A stretch of DNA of 64,000 nucleotides from assembly GCA_964291675.2 (NCBI GenBank), contig OZ219866.1, positions 2,816,001-2,880,000 of the forward strand. The letters are read 5' to 3'. Every line of letters starts with the position of its first letter. Positions within the stretch are counted from its first letter, which is position 1. The stretch comes from Alphaproteobacteria bacterium. Lineage in GTDB: Bacteria > Pseudomonadota > Alphaproteobacteria > MPNO01. The notes beneath the pieces were generated by a model. That model was not told where the DNA came from. It was given only the letters and a program-made list of their open reading frames with translations, and did not search any database. A program made the position numbers and the translations under genes. Shown here piece by piece: positions 1 to 10,299 of the stretch.

Positions 1-2
1 GA

Positions 3-1241
3 AATCTCGTCGCGTTCGGCGTGTTCTGCGCGTTCGTCTATTCGCTCACGCTGCTGCCCGCGCTGCTCTCCGTCCTGCCGATGCGCCCACGCGCGGTTCG
101 CGCCGGCGAGCCCGCCTTCTTCGATCGCTTCGGCGGGTTCGTCGTGCAGCGCCGCGGCGTCCTGCTGTGGTGCTGCGCCATCGTCGCAATCGTCATGGTC
201 ACCGGCATTCCCCGCCTGGAGCTCACCGACAACTGGACCAAATATCTCAGCGAGCGCTACGAGTTCCGCAAGGACACGGATTTCGTCATCGACAACCTCA
301 CCGGTGTCGAGACGCTGGAATACTCGCTCGATTCGGGGACCGAAGGCGGCATCACCGAACCGGCCTATCTGCGCAAGGTCGAGGCCTTCGCCGAATGGTT
401 CCGGACTCAGCCCGAAGTGTCCCACGTGCAGGCCTTTCCGGACATCATGAAACGCCTGAACAGGAACCTGCATGGCGACGACCCGGAGTTCCATCGGGTG
501 CCGGACGACCCGGATCTCTCCTCGCAATACTTGCTGCTCTACGAGCTGTCGCTTCCCTTCGGGCGGGATCTGAACAACCGGATCGATATCGGCAAGTCGG
601 CGACCCGCATGACGGCGGTGATGCGGAGCCTCACCTCCCAGGCGCAGCGCGAGCTCGACGCGCGGGCCCAGGCCTGGCTGCGGGCCAACGCTCCCGGTCT
701 CGCGACCGAGGCCTCCGGCGTCAGCATCGTCTTCGCCCATCTGTCGCAGCGCAACATCGAGAGCATGCTGACCGGCACCGTCCTCGCGATGGCCCTGATC
801 TCGCTGATCCTGGTCTTCGTGTTCCGGAGCCTGCGGGTCGGTCTGCTCAGCCTGGTGCCCAACTTCATCCCCGCCGCGATGAGCCTCGGCCTCTGGGCCT
901 TCATGGTCGGCCGCGTGGGCCTCGCCGGTTCGGTGATGACCGCCATCGCCTTCGGGATCGTGGTCGACGACACGATCCATTTCCTGACCAAGTACCTCAA
1001 GGCCCGGCGCGACGGAAGCGACGCCGCCGAGGCGGTGCGCTCCGCCTTTCGCACCGTGGGCCACGCATTGTGGACCACCACCGCCGTGCTGGCGCTCGGC
1101 TTCCTGGTGTTCGCCTCCTCCGGCTTCGAGGTGAGCTGGGCGCTCGGCCTCCTGGTCACGCTGACGATCGTCTTCGCGCTGCTCGCGGATTTCCTGCTCC
1201 TGCCGCCTTTGTTGATGGCTCTCGATCGGAGGAAGTCATGA
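3..1241 (+). CDS. MMPL/RND-family membrane transporter (5'-truncated by window edge)
   Basis: Frame open from the window start; multiple TM helices, a periplasmic domain and the GIVVDDTIH motif typical of MMPL/RND exporters. Confidence 0.85.
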   Translation, partial: NLVAFGVFCAFVYSLTLLPALLSVLPMRPRAVRAGEPAFFDRFGGFVVQRRGVLLWCCAIVAIVMVTGIPRLELTDNWTKYLSERYEFRKDTDFVIDNLTGVETLEYSLDSGTEGGITEPAYLRKVEAFAEWFRTQPEVSHVQAFPDIMKRLNRNLHGDDPEFHRVPDDPDLSSQYLLLYELSLPFGRDLNNRIDIGKSATRMTAVMRSLTSQAQRELDARAQAWLRANAPGLATEASGVSIVFAHLSQRNIESMLTGTVLAMALISLILVFVFRSLRVGLLSLVPNFIPAAMSLGLWAFMVGRVGLAGSVMTAIAFGIVVDDTIHFLTKYLKARRDGSDAAEAVRSAFRTVGHALWTTTAVLALGFLVFASSGFEVSWALGLLVTLTIVFALLADFLLLPPLLMALDRRKS

Positions 1242-2038
1242 TTCGCGCCCGTTCGACCCGGTCCATCGCGTTCGTCCTCTTGACGGTGCTGGCGATGCCG
1301 CCGGCGGCCCATGCCCAGAGCGCCGGGGAGCGCGGCCTGGAGATCGCGAAGGAAGCGCGCGACCGGGACCGGGGGTTCGGCAATTTCACCGCCAGCCAGA
1401 CCATGGTGCTGCGCAACAAGCAGGGGCGCGAGAGCCGGCGGCAGCTTCGCATCAAGGTGCTCGAGGTCGCCGATGACGGCAACAAAAGCCTGTTCGTGTT
1501 CGACGAGCCGCGCGGCGTCAAGGGAACCGCGCTGCTGATCCATTCCCACCGGGAGGGGCCGGACGACCAGTGGCTCTTCTTGCCGGCGCTCAAGCGGGTC
1601 AAGCGGATCAGCTCGTCGAACCGGTCCGGCTCCTTCATGGGCAGCGAGTTTTCCTACGAGGATCTCGGCACGCCGGAGGTGGAGAAGTACAGATACCGCT
1701 ACCTGAAGGACGAAGCCTGCGGCGAGCTACAGTGTTCGGTCGTCGAGAACGTGCCGGTCGAGAAGGGCTCGGGCTACACCAGGCAAATCGTCTGGCGCGA
1801 CAAGGACGAGCTCCGGATCTGGAAGATCGAGTATTTCGACCGCAAGAACGCGCATCTGAAGACGCTCACGCTCGGCGAGTACCGGCGCTATCTGGACCGC
1901 TACTGGCGCGCCTCCGAGATGACGATGGAGAACCATTTGACGGGCAAGAGCACGATCATGCGCTGGTCCGACTTCGCGTTCCGCGCCAGGCTGTCGGATC
2001 GCGACTTCAGCCAGTCCAGCCTGAAACGCGCACGCTGA
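1238..2038 (+). CDS. Outer-membrane lipoprotein-sorting (LolA-like) protein
   Basis: ATGA overlap with the MMPL stop, GGAGG RBS, signal peptide (AHA), motifs DDQWLFLPALKRVKRI and SFMGSEFSYEDL; usual partner of MMPL genes. Confidence 0.85.
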   Translation: MIRARSTRSIAFVLLTVLAMPPAAHAQSAGERGLEIAKEARDRDRGFGNFTASQTMVLRNKQGRESRRQLRIKVLEVADDGNKSLFVFDEPRGVKGTALLIHSHREGPDDQWLFLPALKRVKRISSSNRSGSFMGSEFSYEDLGTPEVEKYRYRYLKDEACGELQCSVVENVPVEKGSGYTRQIVWRDKDELRIWKIEYFDRKNAHLKTLTLGEYRRYLDRYWRASEMTMENHLTGKSTIMRWSDFAFRARLSDRDFSQSSLKRAR

Positions 2039-2123
2039 TCCAGGGCGCGGTGCCGCCCGGGCCTGTGCTTTGCCGGCGACGGGGTGCTATCCTGCCGTCC
2101 CCTAGTCATCGGCCCGTGCGGTC

Positions 2124-3143
2124 ATGAGCGGAATCGAGCAAGCGAACGGTCACAAGCCGCTGTCCCTGGCGCATCTGGTCGATCCCAATATCGGGCGCGT
2201 CACGCGGCCCGACCCGGCGGATTACGGCTTCGAGCTGGCCGACGTGCTGCGCTCGGTCGTGCAGCTTCGCTCGCAGGCGCCGGAGGATGCGTTCAGCTCG
2301 TCCTATCTGGGCACCGAGCGCGAAGGCAACGCGATCCTGGTGGGCGAGGACAATCTGTTCCTCACCATCGGCTATCTGATCGCCGAGGCCGAGCACATCG
2401 TCCTCGGTTCGGAACAGACCGGGGCGACCCGCGCCCAGGTGCTCGCCTACGACTACGAGACCGGGTTCGGCCTGCTGCGCGGCGGCTCGTCGCTGGACGC
2501 GAGGCCCATCGCGCTCGGCGACACGGCCGGGTTCGAGGAACGGGACTGGCTGGTCGCGGCCGCCCGGGGAGGGCTGGAGAACGCCATCAAGGCGCAGGTC
2601 GTCTCCAAGCGGGAATTTGCCGGCTACTGGGAATACCTGCTCGACGAGGCGATATTCACCGCCCCGCCGCACCCGCATTGGAGCGGCGCGGCGCTGATCG
2701 ACGGCGGCGGCCGGCTGGTCGGGCTGGGCTCGCTCTTCGTCCAGGACGCGGCGCCCGGCGGCGGGCCGAGCGCGGGCAACATGTTCGTTCCCATCGACCT
2801 CTACAAGGAAACCGTGGACGACCTGCTGCGCTACGGCAGGCGTCCGGGCCCCAGCCGGCCCTGGCTGGGCATTTACAGCGTCGAGGCGCTGGGCCGGGTG
2901 CTGATCACCTCGATTTCCGAGCGCGGCCCCTGCGCCGGGTCGGGTATCGAGGCGGGCGACGTGGTGCTGGCGGTCAATGACGCCAAGATCGAGTCCATGG
3001 CCCAGATGTACCGCCGGGTCTGGGGTATCGGCCCCGCCGGGTCGACGGTGACGCTCAAGCTGCTGCGCGATGGCGAGGTGCATACCGTCGAAATCGTCTC
3101 GGCGGACCGGGACAAGGTGATGAAGAACCCGCGCACGCATTAG
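2124..3143 (+). CDS. S1C (trypsin-like) protease-family protein with C-terminal PDZ domain
   Basis: Trypsin-like segments (LTIGYLI, YDYETGFGLL, WSGAALID) followed by a PDZ-like RPWLGI...GIEAGDVVLAVN. Confidence 0.8.
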   Translation: MSGIEQANGHKPLSLAHLVDPNIGRVTRPDPADYGFELADVLRSVVQLRSQAPEDAFSSSYLGTEREGNAILVGEDNLFLTIGYLIAEAEHIVLGSEQTGATRAQVLAYDYETGFGLLRGGSSLDARPIALGDTAGFEERDWLVAAARGGLENAIKAQVVSKREFAGYWEYLLDEAIFTAPPHPHWSGAALIDGGGRLVGLGSLFVQDAAPGGGPSAGNMFVPIDLYKETVDDLLRYGRRPGPSRPWLGIYSVEALGRVLITSISERGPCAGSGIEAGDVVLAVNDAKIESMAQMYRRVWGIGPAGSTVTLKLLRDGEVHTVEIVSADRDKVMKNPRTH

Positions 3144-3168
3144 GCTCCACGCCCGTGGGCGTCTTGCC

Positions 3169-5754
3169 ATGAAACGCACGCTGCAAACCCTGATCGACGA
3201 TCTGCCGCGCTTCGGCGATGCCCCGGCGGTCGTCGCCTTCACCGCGGCGGGCATGGAGACCCGAAGCTATCGCGGCCTGCACCGCGACGCGCTCGCGCTC
3301 GCCGGCGGGCTGATCGGGCGCGGCCTCGGCCACGGCGTTGCGGTCGGCGTGATCGGCGTCAACAGCGACGCGCAGGTGGTGCTGCGCCTCGCGCTCGCGG
3401 CAATCGGCGCGGTCGCGGTTCCGCTGGACGACATGGGCTCGCCGGAGGACTTCCGCCGGGCGCTGGCGGATAGCGGGGCGAGGGCGCTGTTCGCCGACCG
3501 GCAGGTCCTCGACGAGCTTCCCGAAGCGGCGACCCTGGGCCTCGCCGGCGCCTGGCGTCTCGACGGGGACGCCGCCGGCGAACCGGCGCACTGGTCGACG
3601 CTGCTCGGCGAGGCGCCCGCGGCGCTTCCCGCGGTCTCGCCGGAGGACCTGGCCGCGATCATCTACACCTCGGGCACCACCGGGGTGGCCAAGGGCGTGC
3701 CGCTGACCCACGGCAATTTCATGTTCAATGTCGCGGCGCTGGCCGAGGGCGGGTTCGTCGACACCGGCGACCGGGCCGCGCTGCCGCTGCCGCTCCATCA
3801 CGCCTATCCCTTCATGGCCGGGCTGATGGTGCCGTTTGCCTGCGGCTCGACCGTGATCCTCCCAAGGGCGCCCACCGGACCCGATGTCGCGACCGCGCTC
3901 CGCGATGCCCGCGCGACGGTCATGCTGGGCGTGCCGCGGCTCTACGAGGCCCTGGTCGAGGGGATCGGCGGAAGGCTGGAGAGCGGCGTTGCCGGTACGC
4001 TGTTCGGCGCCCTCTGGCGCCTTTCCACTTCGGTCTCGCGCAATGGCGGCCCGCGCCTCGGCAGGTGGCTGATGTGGCCGGTGCGGCGCCGCTTCGCGCC
4101 CCGGCTGCGCATGGTGGTCTCGGGCGGCGCCAAGCTCGAAGAGGGGGTCGCCTGGCGGCTCGAAGGGCTCGGCTTCCAGGTGCTCACCGGCTACGGGCTG
4201 GTGGAGACCTCGTCGGTCACCACCTACAACCGCTACGGCGCCGGACGCATCGGCACCGAGGGCAAGCCGGTGGAGGGCAGCGAGCTGCGCATCGCCGAGC
4301 CCGACGAGGACGGGATCGGCGAGGTGCAGATCCGCGGCCCGCACGTGTTTGCCGGCTATTTCAACGACAGCGAGACGACCGCCTCCGTGTTCGCCGAGGA
4401 CGGCTGGTTCCGCTCCGGCGATCTCGGCCGGATCGACGGCGACGGCTCGCTGGTCGTCACCGGGCGCAGCAAGGACGTGATCGTGTTGTCCGGCGGCAAG
4501 AATATCGGCCCCGAGGAGGTCGAGACCGCGCTCGCCGCAAGCCCGCTTGTCGCCGAGGCCGCGGTGTTCGAGCGCGACGGCAATCTCGCCGCCCTCATCG
4601 TCCCGGACGAGGACGGGCTGCGCCAGGCGCGGACCCAGCGGCTCGACGATGCGATCCGCATCGCCGTCACCGAGGCGGGCGCCGAGCTCGCGCCATACAA
4701 GCGGGTGACGTCCTACCGCATCCATCGCGAGCCCTTGCCGAGGACGCGGCTGAGCAAGCTCCGCCGGTTCCGCCTGCCCGAACTGTTCGACGCCGCCGGA
4801 GGGCGCGAGGCCGGCGGGGCGGGCGAGGCGGAGGATGCAACGCTCGCCGCCGACCCCCGGGCGGCACGCATTCTGGCGCTGATCCGCGCCCGCTTCGCCG
4901 ACGAATCGATCGGCCTCTCGACCAGCCCGCAGCTCGACCTCGGCGTCGACTCGCTCGCCTGGCTGGAGATCGCGCAGGAGATCGAGGGCGAGCTCGGCGT
5001 CTCGCTGGCGCCCGACGCGCTGGCCGAGGTGGTGACGCTCGCGGATCTCGTCCGCGCCGCCCGGGCCGCGCCGGAAGCCGCGCCCGAGTCCCCGGCGGAA
5101 ACAATCCTGCCCTCCCCCCCGCGAGGCGTCCGCCGCTGCGTCGGCTGGACGGCCTGGTGGCTCAACCGGCTGGTCATGAAAGCCGCGTTCGGCGTCAGGC
5201 GCTCCGGCCCGGTCCCCGATGCCGGGCGGCCGGCGATCCTCATCGCCAACCATGCCAGCGATCTCGATCCGCTGGTGCTGGCGGCGGCGCTTCCCTGGCG
5301 GGTCTTCGAAACGCTCTGGTGGGGCGCCGACAAGGCCCGCGTGTTCGAGTCGCCCGCGCTGAGCTGGCTCGCCCGCATCGCCCGGCTGTTTCCGGTCGAC
5401 GACCGCAGCCCCGCCGAGGGACTCGCCATCGCCGGGGGGCTGATCGACCGCGGCGAGAGCGTGGTGTGGTTCCCCGAGTCCTGGCGCTCGCCCGACGGGC
5501 GGCTCCAGGGTTTCATGCGCGGGATCGGCATGCTGCAAGCGGAACGGCGGGTCGCGCTGGCGCCTGCCTATATCGCGGGCACGTTCGATGTCCTGCCGCG
5601 GCACCGGCGCTGGCCCCGGCTGCGCCGGGTGAGCGTCCATTTCGGGGAGCCCGCCGACGCCCCGCGGGAGGCGCGAACGATCGACGAGGCGGTCGCCGCC
5701 GCCCGCGCGCTCGTCGCCGATCTGGAAATTCGCTATGGTGCGGAGAGCGATTGA
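3169..5754 (+). CDS. Acyl-CoA/acyl-ACP synthetase-ACP-PlsC acyltransferase fusion
   Basis: YTSGTTG and GYGLVET adenylation motifs, LGVDSL phosphopantetheine site, NHASDLD and FPE acyltransferase motifs. Confidence 0.85.
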   Translation: MKRTLQTLIDDLPRFGDAPAVVAFTAAGMETRSYRGLHRDALALAGGLIGRGLGHGVAVGVIGVNSDAQVVLRLALAAIGAVAVPLDDMGSPEDFRRALADSGARALFADRQVLDELPEAATLGLAGAWRLDGDAAGEPAHWSTLLGEAPAALPAVSPEDLAAIIYTSGTTGVAKGVPLTHGNFMFNVAALAEGGFVDTGDRAALPLPLHHAYPFMAGLMVPFACGSTVILPRAPTGPDVATALRDARATVMLGVPRLYEALVEGIGGRLESGVAGTLFGALWRLSTSVSRNGGPRLGRWLMWPVRRRFAPRLRMVVSGGAKLEEGVAWRLEGLGFQVLTGYGLVETSSVTTYNRYGAGRIGTEGKPVEGSELRIAEPDEDGIGEVQIRGPHVFAGYFNDSETTASVFAEDGWFRSGDLGRIDGDGSLVVTGRSKDVIVLSGGKNIGPEEVETALAASPLVAEAAVFERDGNLAALIVPDEDGLRQARTQRLDDAIRIAVTEAGAELAPYKRVTSYRIHREPLPRTRLSKLRRFRLPELFDAAGGREAGGAGEAEDATLAADPRAARILALIRARFADESIGLSTSPQLDLGVDSLAWLEIAQEIEGELGVSLAPDALAEVVTLADLVRAARAAPEAAPESPAETILPSPPRGVRRCVGWTAWWLNRLVMKAAFGVRRSGPVPDAGRPAILIANHASDLDPLVLAAALPWRVFETLWWGADKARVFESPALSWLARIARLFPVDDRSPAEGLAIAGGLIDRGESVVWFPESWRSPDGRLQGFMRGIGMLQAERRVALAPAYIAGTFDVLPRHRRWPRLRRVSVHFGEPADAPREARTIDEAVAAARALVADLEIRYGAESD

Positions 5755-5767
5755 ACGGGGAGGCGGC

Positions 5768-6658
5768 ATGCCGCGCGAAGAACATATCGAATTCCGGTCC
5801 GAGGGGCTGACCCTGCGCGGCATCCTGCATCTCCCGGACGACATGGAACCGAACGAGCGCCGCCCGGCCTTCCTGGTCCTGCACGGGTTCGGCGGCAACA
5901 AGACGTCGGAAAACTGCGTCCTGCCCTGCCGGATGCTGACCGGCCTCGGCTATGTCACGCTGCGCTTCGACATGCGGGGCTGCGGCGAGAGCGACGGCGA
6001 GTTCGGCCGTATCATCTGCCTCGAACAGGTCGAGGACACCAAGGCGGCGCATGCGTGGCTGGCGGCGCGGCCGGAAGTGGATCCCGAGCGCATCGGCGCG
6101 CTCGGCTCCAGCTTCGGCGCGGCGGTCTCGGTCTACACCGCCGGCGTCCATGACAGGATCGCGGCGGTGATCTCGTCCGGCGGGTGGGGCGACGGCGCGC
6201 GCAAGTTCCGCGGCCAGCACCCGACGCCGGAAGCGTGGAAGAAGTTCACCGACATGCTCGAAGCCGGCAAGCGCCACCGCGAGCGGACCGGCGAGTCGCT
6301 GATGGTGCCGCGCTACGACATCGTGCCGATACCGGCGCATCTCAGGAACAACCTCGCGGCCAATTCGGTCACCGAGTTCCCCGCCGAGACGGCGCAGTCG
6401 ATGTTCGATTTCGTCGCCAACGACGTGGTCGGCAATATCGCGCCCCGGCCGCTGCTCCTGCTGCACAGCTCGGTGGACTCGGTCACCCCGACCGAGCAGT
6501 CGATCGAGATGTTCAAGCGCGCCGGCCAGCCGACCGACCTGCACCTGACGGCGGACACCGACCACTTCATGTTCGCCGAGAGCAATGTCCGGGTCCGTCG
6601 GGTGATCGAGGACTGGCTGGCAACGTATTTTCCGGTGCGGGCGCCGGTCGCCGCCTGA
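5768..6658 (+). CDS. Alpha/beta-fold hydrolase
   Basis: HGFGG, RFDMRGCGES and GSSFG nucleophile elbow; GGAGG RBS before ATG 5768. Confidence 0.85.
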   Translation: MPREEHIEFRSEGLTLRGILHLPDDMEPNERRPAFLVLHGFGGNKTSENCVLPCRMLTGLGYVTLRFDMRGCGESDGEFGRIICLEQVEDTKAAHAWLAARPEVDPERIGALGSSFGAAVSVYTAGVHDRIAAVISSGGWGDGARKFRGQHPTPEAWKKFTDMLEAGKRHRERTGESLMVPRYDIVPIPAHLRNNLAANSVTEFPAETAQSMFDFVANDVVGNIAPRPLLLLHSSVDSVTPTEQSIEMFKRAGQPTDLHLTADTDHFMFAESNVRVRRVIEDWLATYFPVRAPVAA

Positions 6659-6686
6659 ACCGGCACGGCTATCGAGGAGAGACGCC

Positions 6687-7199
6687 ATGATGCCTTCGAT
6701 CAAGAGCCTGCATCACTGGGCCTATCGCTGCCGCGACGCGGAGGAGACGCGGCATTTCTACGAGGACGTGCTCGGCCTGCCGCTGGCCCACGTGGTCTCG
6801 GCCGACATCGTGCCGAGCACCGGCGAGTACTCGCCCTATGTCCACATCTTCTTCGAGATGGCGGACGGCTCCTATGTCGCCTTCTTCGATCTCGGCGACG
6901 GCGAGATCACCAGGCGCGACCCCGACACGCCGCGCTGGGTCAACCACCTCGCGCTGGAGGTCGAGAACGAGGCGGCCCTTGAGACCGCCAAGGCGCGGCT
7001 GGAAGCGGAAGGCGTCGACGTGCTCGGCGTGACCGACCACGGCTTCGTCAAGTCGATCTACTTCTTCGACCCCAACGACATCCGCCTCGAACTCACCTGC
7101 CGCATCTCGGGCAAGGCCGAGCTGGAGAAGAAGGCGGCCGAGGCGCACGAGCTCCTGGCGCAGTGGACCAACCGGCCGGACCGGGTCGCCGCCGAGTAG
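6687..7199 (+). CDS. VOC/glyoxalase-family protein
   Basis: LHHWAY, FYEDVLGL, NHLALEV and SIYFFDPNDIRLE motifs. Confidence 0.85.
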   Translation: MMPSIKSLHHWAYRCRDAEETRHFYEDVLGLPLAHVVSADIVPSTGEYSPYVHIFFEMADGSYVAFFDLGDGEITRRDPDTPRWVNHLALEVENEAALETAKARLEAEGVDVLGVTDHGFVKSIYFFDPNDIRLELTCRISGKAELEKKAAEAHELLAQWTNRPDRVAAE

Positions 7200-7205
7200 G
7201 CGCGT

Positions 7206-7306
7206 CCTTCGATACGGCGCTTCGCGCCTACTCAGGATGAGGGAGGTAGGTATGGCCCACGAAAAATATCCTCATCCCGAGTAGGCGCGAAGCGCCGTAT
7301 CGAGGG
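7206..7306. repeat. Palindromic REP-like doublet (copy A)
   Basis: CCTTCGATACGGCGCTTCGCGCCTACTCAGGATGAGG, spacer, then the inverted arm CCTCATCCCGAGTAGGCGCGAAGCGCCGTATCGAGGG, between convergent VOC genes. Confidence 0.9.
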
Positions 7307-7312
7307 GCGGCT

Positions 7313-7930
7313 TCAGCGCTCCGCCGGCAACGCCCCGGTCATCGCGTCGATCCAGCCCGCATCGACGTCCAGCGTCTCCAGCTCCGCGGCGGCTTCCGCC
7401 CTGGTCTGGGTGACCATCGGGATCACCCCCGGGGCCTCGCCCTCCGCCGGATGGCAGCACGCCTCCAGCCGGATGCCGTTCGGGTCCCTGAAGTAGATCG
7501 AGACCATGCCCGGCAGGATGTCGATCGGCCCGTCGAAGGGAATGCCGTGGTCGGTCAGCCGCCGCTGGATCTCGGCAAACCGTTCGGCCGTGACCACGAA
7601 GGCGCAGTGCTGCATGCCGCCGATGGCGTCGCGGTCGGATCTCGGCTTCTCGCCCCTGGGGATCTCGAAGAAGGCGAGCAGGCTGTCGTTCCCCATGTCG
7701 AAGAAGTAGTGGCGGATGCACTCCCAGGGCGGGTTGCCGCGATTGCCGGGCCCGGTGCCGACGCCCTCCGGGACCTTCATCGCGTGCACCAGCGGCATGC
7801 CGACGACGTTCACGAAGAACTCGGTGGTCGTCTTCATGTCCTCGGTGGTCAGCGCGAGATGATGCACGCCGCGGGTGACGACGTCGTAGCCGGCCGCCTG
7901 GGCCGGCGCGGGCGCTCCGGAATCGGCCAT
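7313..7930 (-). CDS. VOC/glyoxalase-family protein
   Basis: GVHHLAL, QHCAF and SIYFRDPNGIRLE motifs. Confidence 0.85.
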   Translation of the reverse strand: MADSGAPAPAQAAGYDVVTRGVHHLALTTEDMKTTTEFFVNVVGMPLVHAMKVPEGVGTGPGNRGNPPWECIRHYFFDMGNDSLLAFFEIPRGEKPRSDRDAIGGMQHCAFVVTAERFAEIQRRLTDHGIPFDGPIDILPGMVSIYFRDPNGIRLEACCHPAEGEAPGVIPMVTQTRAEAAAELETLDVDAGWIDAMTGALPAER

Positions 7931-7992
7931 GTCGATACCTCGTCGAGTTCGGACACACCGACTCTAGAGCATTTCGGCGTCGGCGCGAACCG

Positions 7993-10299
7993 TTACTCCC
8001 GCAAGGCCCGCAGCACCCGTTCCGGCGTCATCGGCAGGCGCCTGAGCCGGATTCCCGTGGCATGGGCGACGGCGTTGGAAATCGCCGGCGCGATGCCGAC
8101 CAGCGGAGGCTCGCCGATGCCCTTGGCGCCGAACGGGCCGTCCTCGTCCGGGTCCTCGACCAGGATGGTGTCGATCTCGGGCGGCACGTCCGCGATGCCC
8201 GGGATCTTGTAGTCCATCAGCGACGGGTTCGCGAGCCGGCCGGAATCCCACACCATCTCCTCGCACAGCGCGTAGCCCAGCCCCTGGACGATGCCGCCCT
8301 GGATCTGGCCCTCGACCGCCGTCGGGTTGATCGCCTTGCCGATATCGTGCGCCGACCAGACTTTTAGCGGAACGATCCGCCCGGTCGCTTCGTCGACCTC
8401 GACCTCCACCGCCTGCGCGGCGAAGATCCAGGCGCCGATCTTGCCGAACGGGAAGCCCTTCAGATAGCCGCGCTTGGGGTCGAAATCCGGCCCGTCATAG
8501 GCCAGCGAGTTGGTGCCGATGACCGGCCCGCCGGCGACCCAGTGCGAGAAGCCGGAGATGTCGCGGAACCCCACCTCGGCCTCCGGCACCCCCTTGATGC
8601 CGATACGCCCGCCGTCGCGGAGCTCCAGGTCTTCCTCGGCGCACTCCATCATGATCGCCGCGCGCTGCTTGAGCTGGGCGATGGCGTCCTCGGCGGCCGC
8701 GACCACCGCGCGGCCGGCCATGTAGGTGACGCGGCTCGCCGTGGTGCCCCAGTTATAGGGCGAGCCGTCGGTGTCGGGCGTCGCCACGCTCACCTGGTCG
8801 ATTTCGAGGCCGAGCGCGGCGGCGCAGATCTGGACCAGCACCGTGTCCGAGCCCTGGCCGTTGTCCACCGCGCCGGTGTTCAAGACGGCGGTGCCGTCCT
8901 CCAGGATGCGGACGATCGCCCCCGAGGTCAGCACGCCCGAGATATGCGGGACGCAGGCGAGCCCGATCCCGCGCCTGCGGCCCGACCCGTCGGTCGCGGT
9001 CTTGCGCTTCCCGTCCCAGCCGCAGGCGGCGCGCACCCGTTCCAGGCACTCCGACAGCCCGGCCTTGTTGAGCGCCACGCCGATCATCCACTCCTCGCCC
9101 GGCCGCACGACGTTCTTCAGCCGGAGGTCGATCGGGTCCATGCCGAGCCGAGCCGCGATCTCGTCGATCTGGGTCTCGCCGGCGATGGCCACCTGCGGGC
9201 CGCCGAAGCCGCGGAACGCGCCCGAGCGCAGCTTGTTGGTGTAGACCGGGCGCGACTCGATCGAGACGTTCTCGATGCGGTAGGGCCCGCGGCAGAACAG
9301 CGCCGCGATCCCGGCCACGCCGGGGCTGTCGTCGGCATAGGCGCCGGCGTCGAGGACGATCCTGACCTCGCGCGCGAGCAGCGTGCCGTCCGCCGCCGCG
9401 CCGGTTTTCATCCACACCTTGCCCGGGTGGCGGGAGCGGATCATCTCGAAATCCTGCTCGCGGCTCAGCGTCACCTTGACCGGCCGGCCGGTCGCGCGCG
9501 CCAGCGCGGCGGCGGCGGGCTGCACGGTCTGCTCCATCTTGCCGCCGAACGCGCCCCCCACCTGCGGCGTGACGCAGCGAACCTTGGACATCGGAAGCCC
9601 GAGCGAATCGGCGACGAACGATTGGACGTGGAACACCGACTGGTTGGACGACCAGATGGTGATCTTGCCGTTGGAATCGATCTCGGCCAGCGCCGAGCAC
9701 GGCTCCATATAGGTGTGGCACTGCGCCTGGGTCTCGTAGCTCCCCTCGACGATCGCCGCGCAGCGCTCCCAGGCCGAGTCGACATCGCCCTCGACGATCT
9801 CGATGATCGCCATCGCGTTGCGGTCGCTCTCGGCCTCGAAGACCTTGATGTACTCGGCGAAGCCCTCGTGCAGCGCGGGCGCGTCCGCTTCCGTCGCCGC
9901 ATCGGTGTCGAACACCGCCGGCAGCTCCTCGTAGGAGATGTCGATCAGCCGCGCGGCTTCCTTGGCGGTCTCCAGATCCGCCGCCGCCACCGCCGCCACC
10001 GGCTCGCCCATATAGCGGACCTTGCCGATCGCGAGCGCGGTCTCGTCCTTGACGAAGGGGCCGATCCTGTGCCCGCCGATGTCCTCGCCGGTCACGACCG
10101 CCGCGACGCCGTCGAGCGCGAGCGCGGCGGAGACGTCGTATCCCGTGATCCGCGCATGGGCGTGGGGGCTCGGCACGATCACGCCGACCAGCATGTCGGG
10201 GCGCGACATGTCGTCGGCGTAGACCGCCTTGCCGGTGATCTTGTCGCGCGTCTCCAGCCGCGGGATTCCCTGTCCGACGGGGCTCACATAGTCGTTCAT
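7993..10299 (-). CDS. Xanthine dehydrogenase-family molybdopterin-binding (large) subunit
   Basis: VGGAFGGK, AFRGFGGPQ, GQIQGG and GPFGAKGIGEPP motifs; ATG overlaps the stop of the 2Fe-2S gene. Confidence 0.9.
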   Translation of the reverse strand: MNDYVSPVGQGIPRLETRDKITGKAVYADDMSRPDMLVGVIVPSPHAHARITGYDVSAALALDGVAAVVTGEDIGGHRIGPFVKDETALAIGKVRYMGEPVAAVAAADLETAKEAARLIDISYEELPAVFDTDAATEADAPALHEGFAEYIKVFEAESDRNAMAIIEIVEGDVDSAWERCAAIVEGSYETQAQCHTYMEPCSALAEIDSNGKITIWSSNQSVFHVQSFVADSLGLPMSKVRCVTPQVGGAFGGKMEQTVQPAAAALARATGRPVKVTLSREQDFEMIRSRHPGKVWMKTGAAADGTLLAREVRIVLDAGAYADDSPGVAGIAALFCRGPYRIENVSIESRPVYTNKLRSGAFRGFGGPQVAIAGETQIDEIAARLGMDPIDLRLKNVVRPGEEWMIGVALNKAGLSECLERVRAACGWDGKRKTATDGSGRRRGIGLACVPHISGVLTSGAIVRILEDGTAVLNTGAVDNGQGSDTVLVQICAAALGLEIDQVSVATPDTDGSPYNWGTTASRVTYMAGRAVVAAAEDAIAQLKQRAAIMMECAEEDLELRDGGRIGIKGVPEAEVGFRDISGFSHWVAGGPVIGTNSLAYDGPDFDPKRGYLKGFPFGKIGAWIFAAQAVEVEVDEATGRIVPLKVWSAHDIGKAINPTAVEGQIQGGIVQGLGYALCEEMVWDSGRLANPSLMDYKIPGIADVPPEIDTILVEDPDEDGPFGAKGIGEPPLVGIAPAISNAVAHATGIRLRRLPMTPERVLRALRE

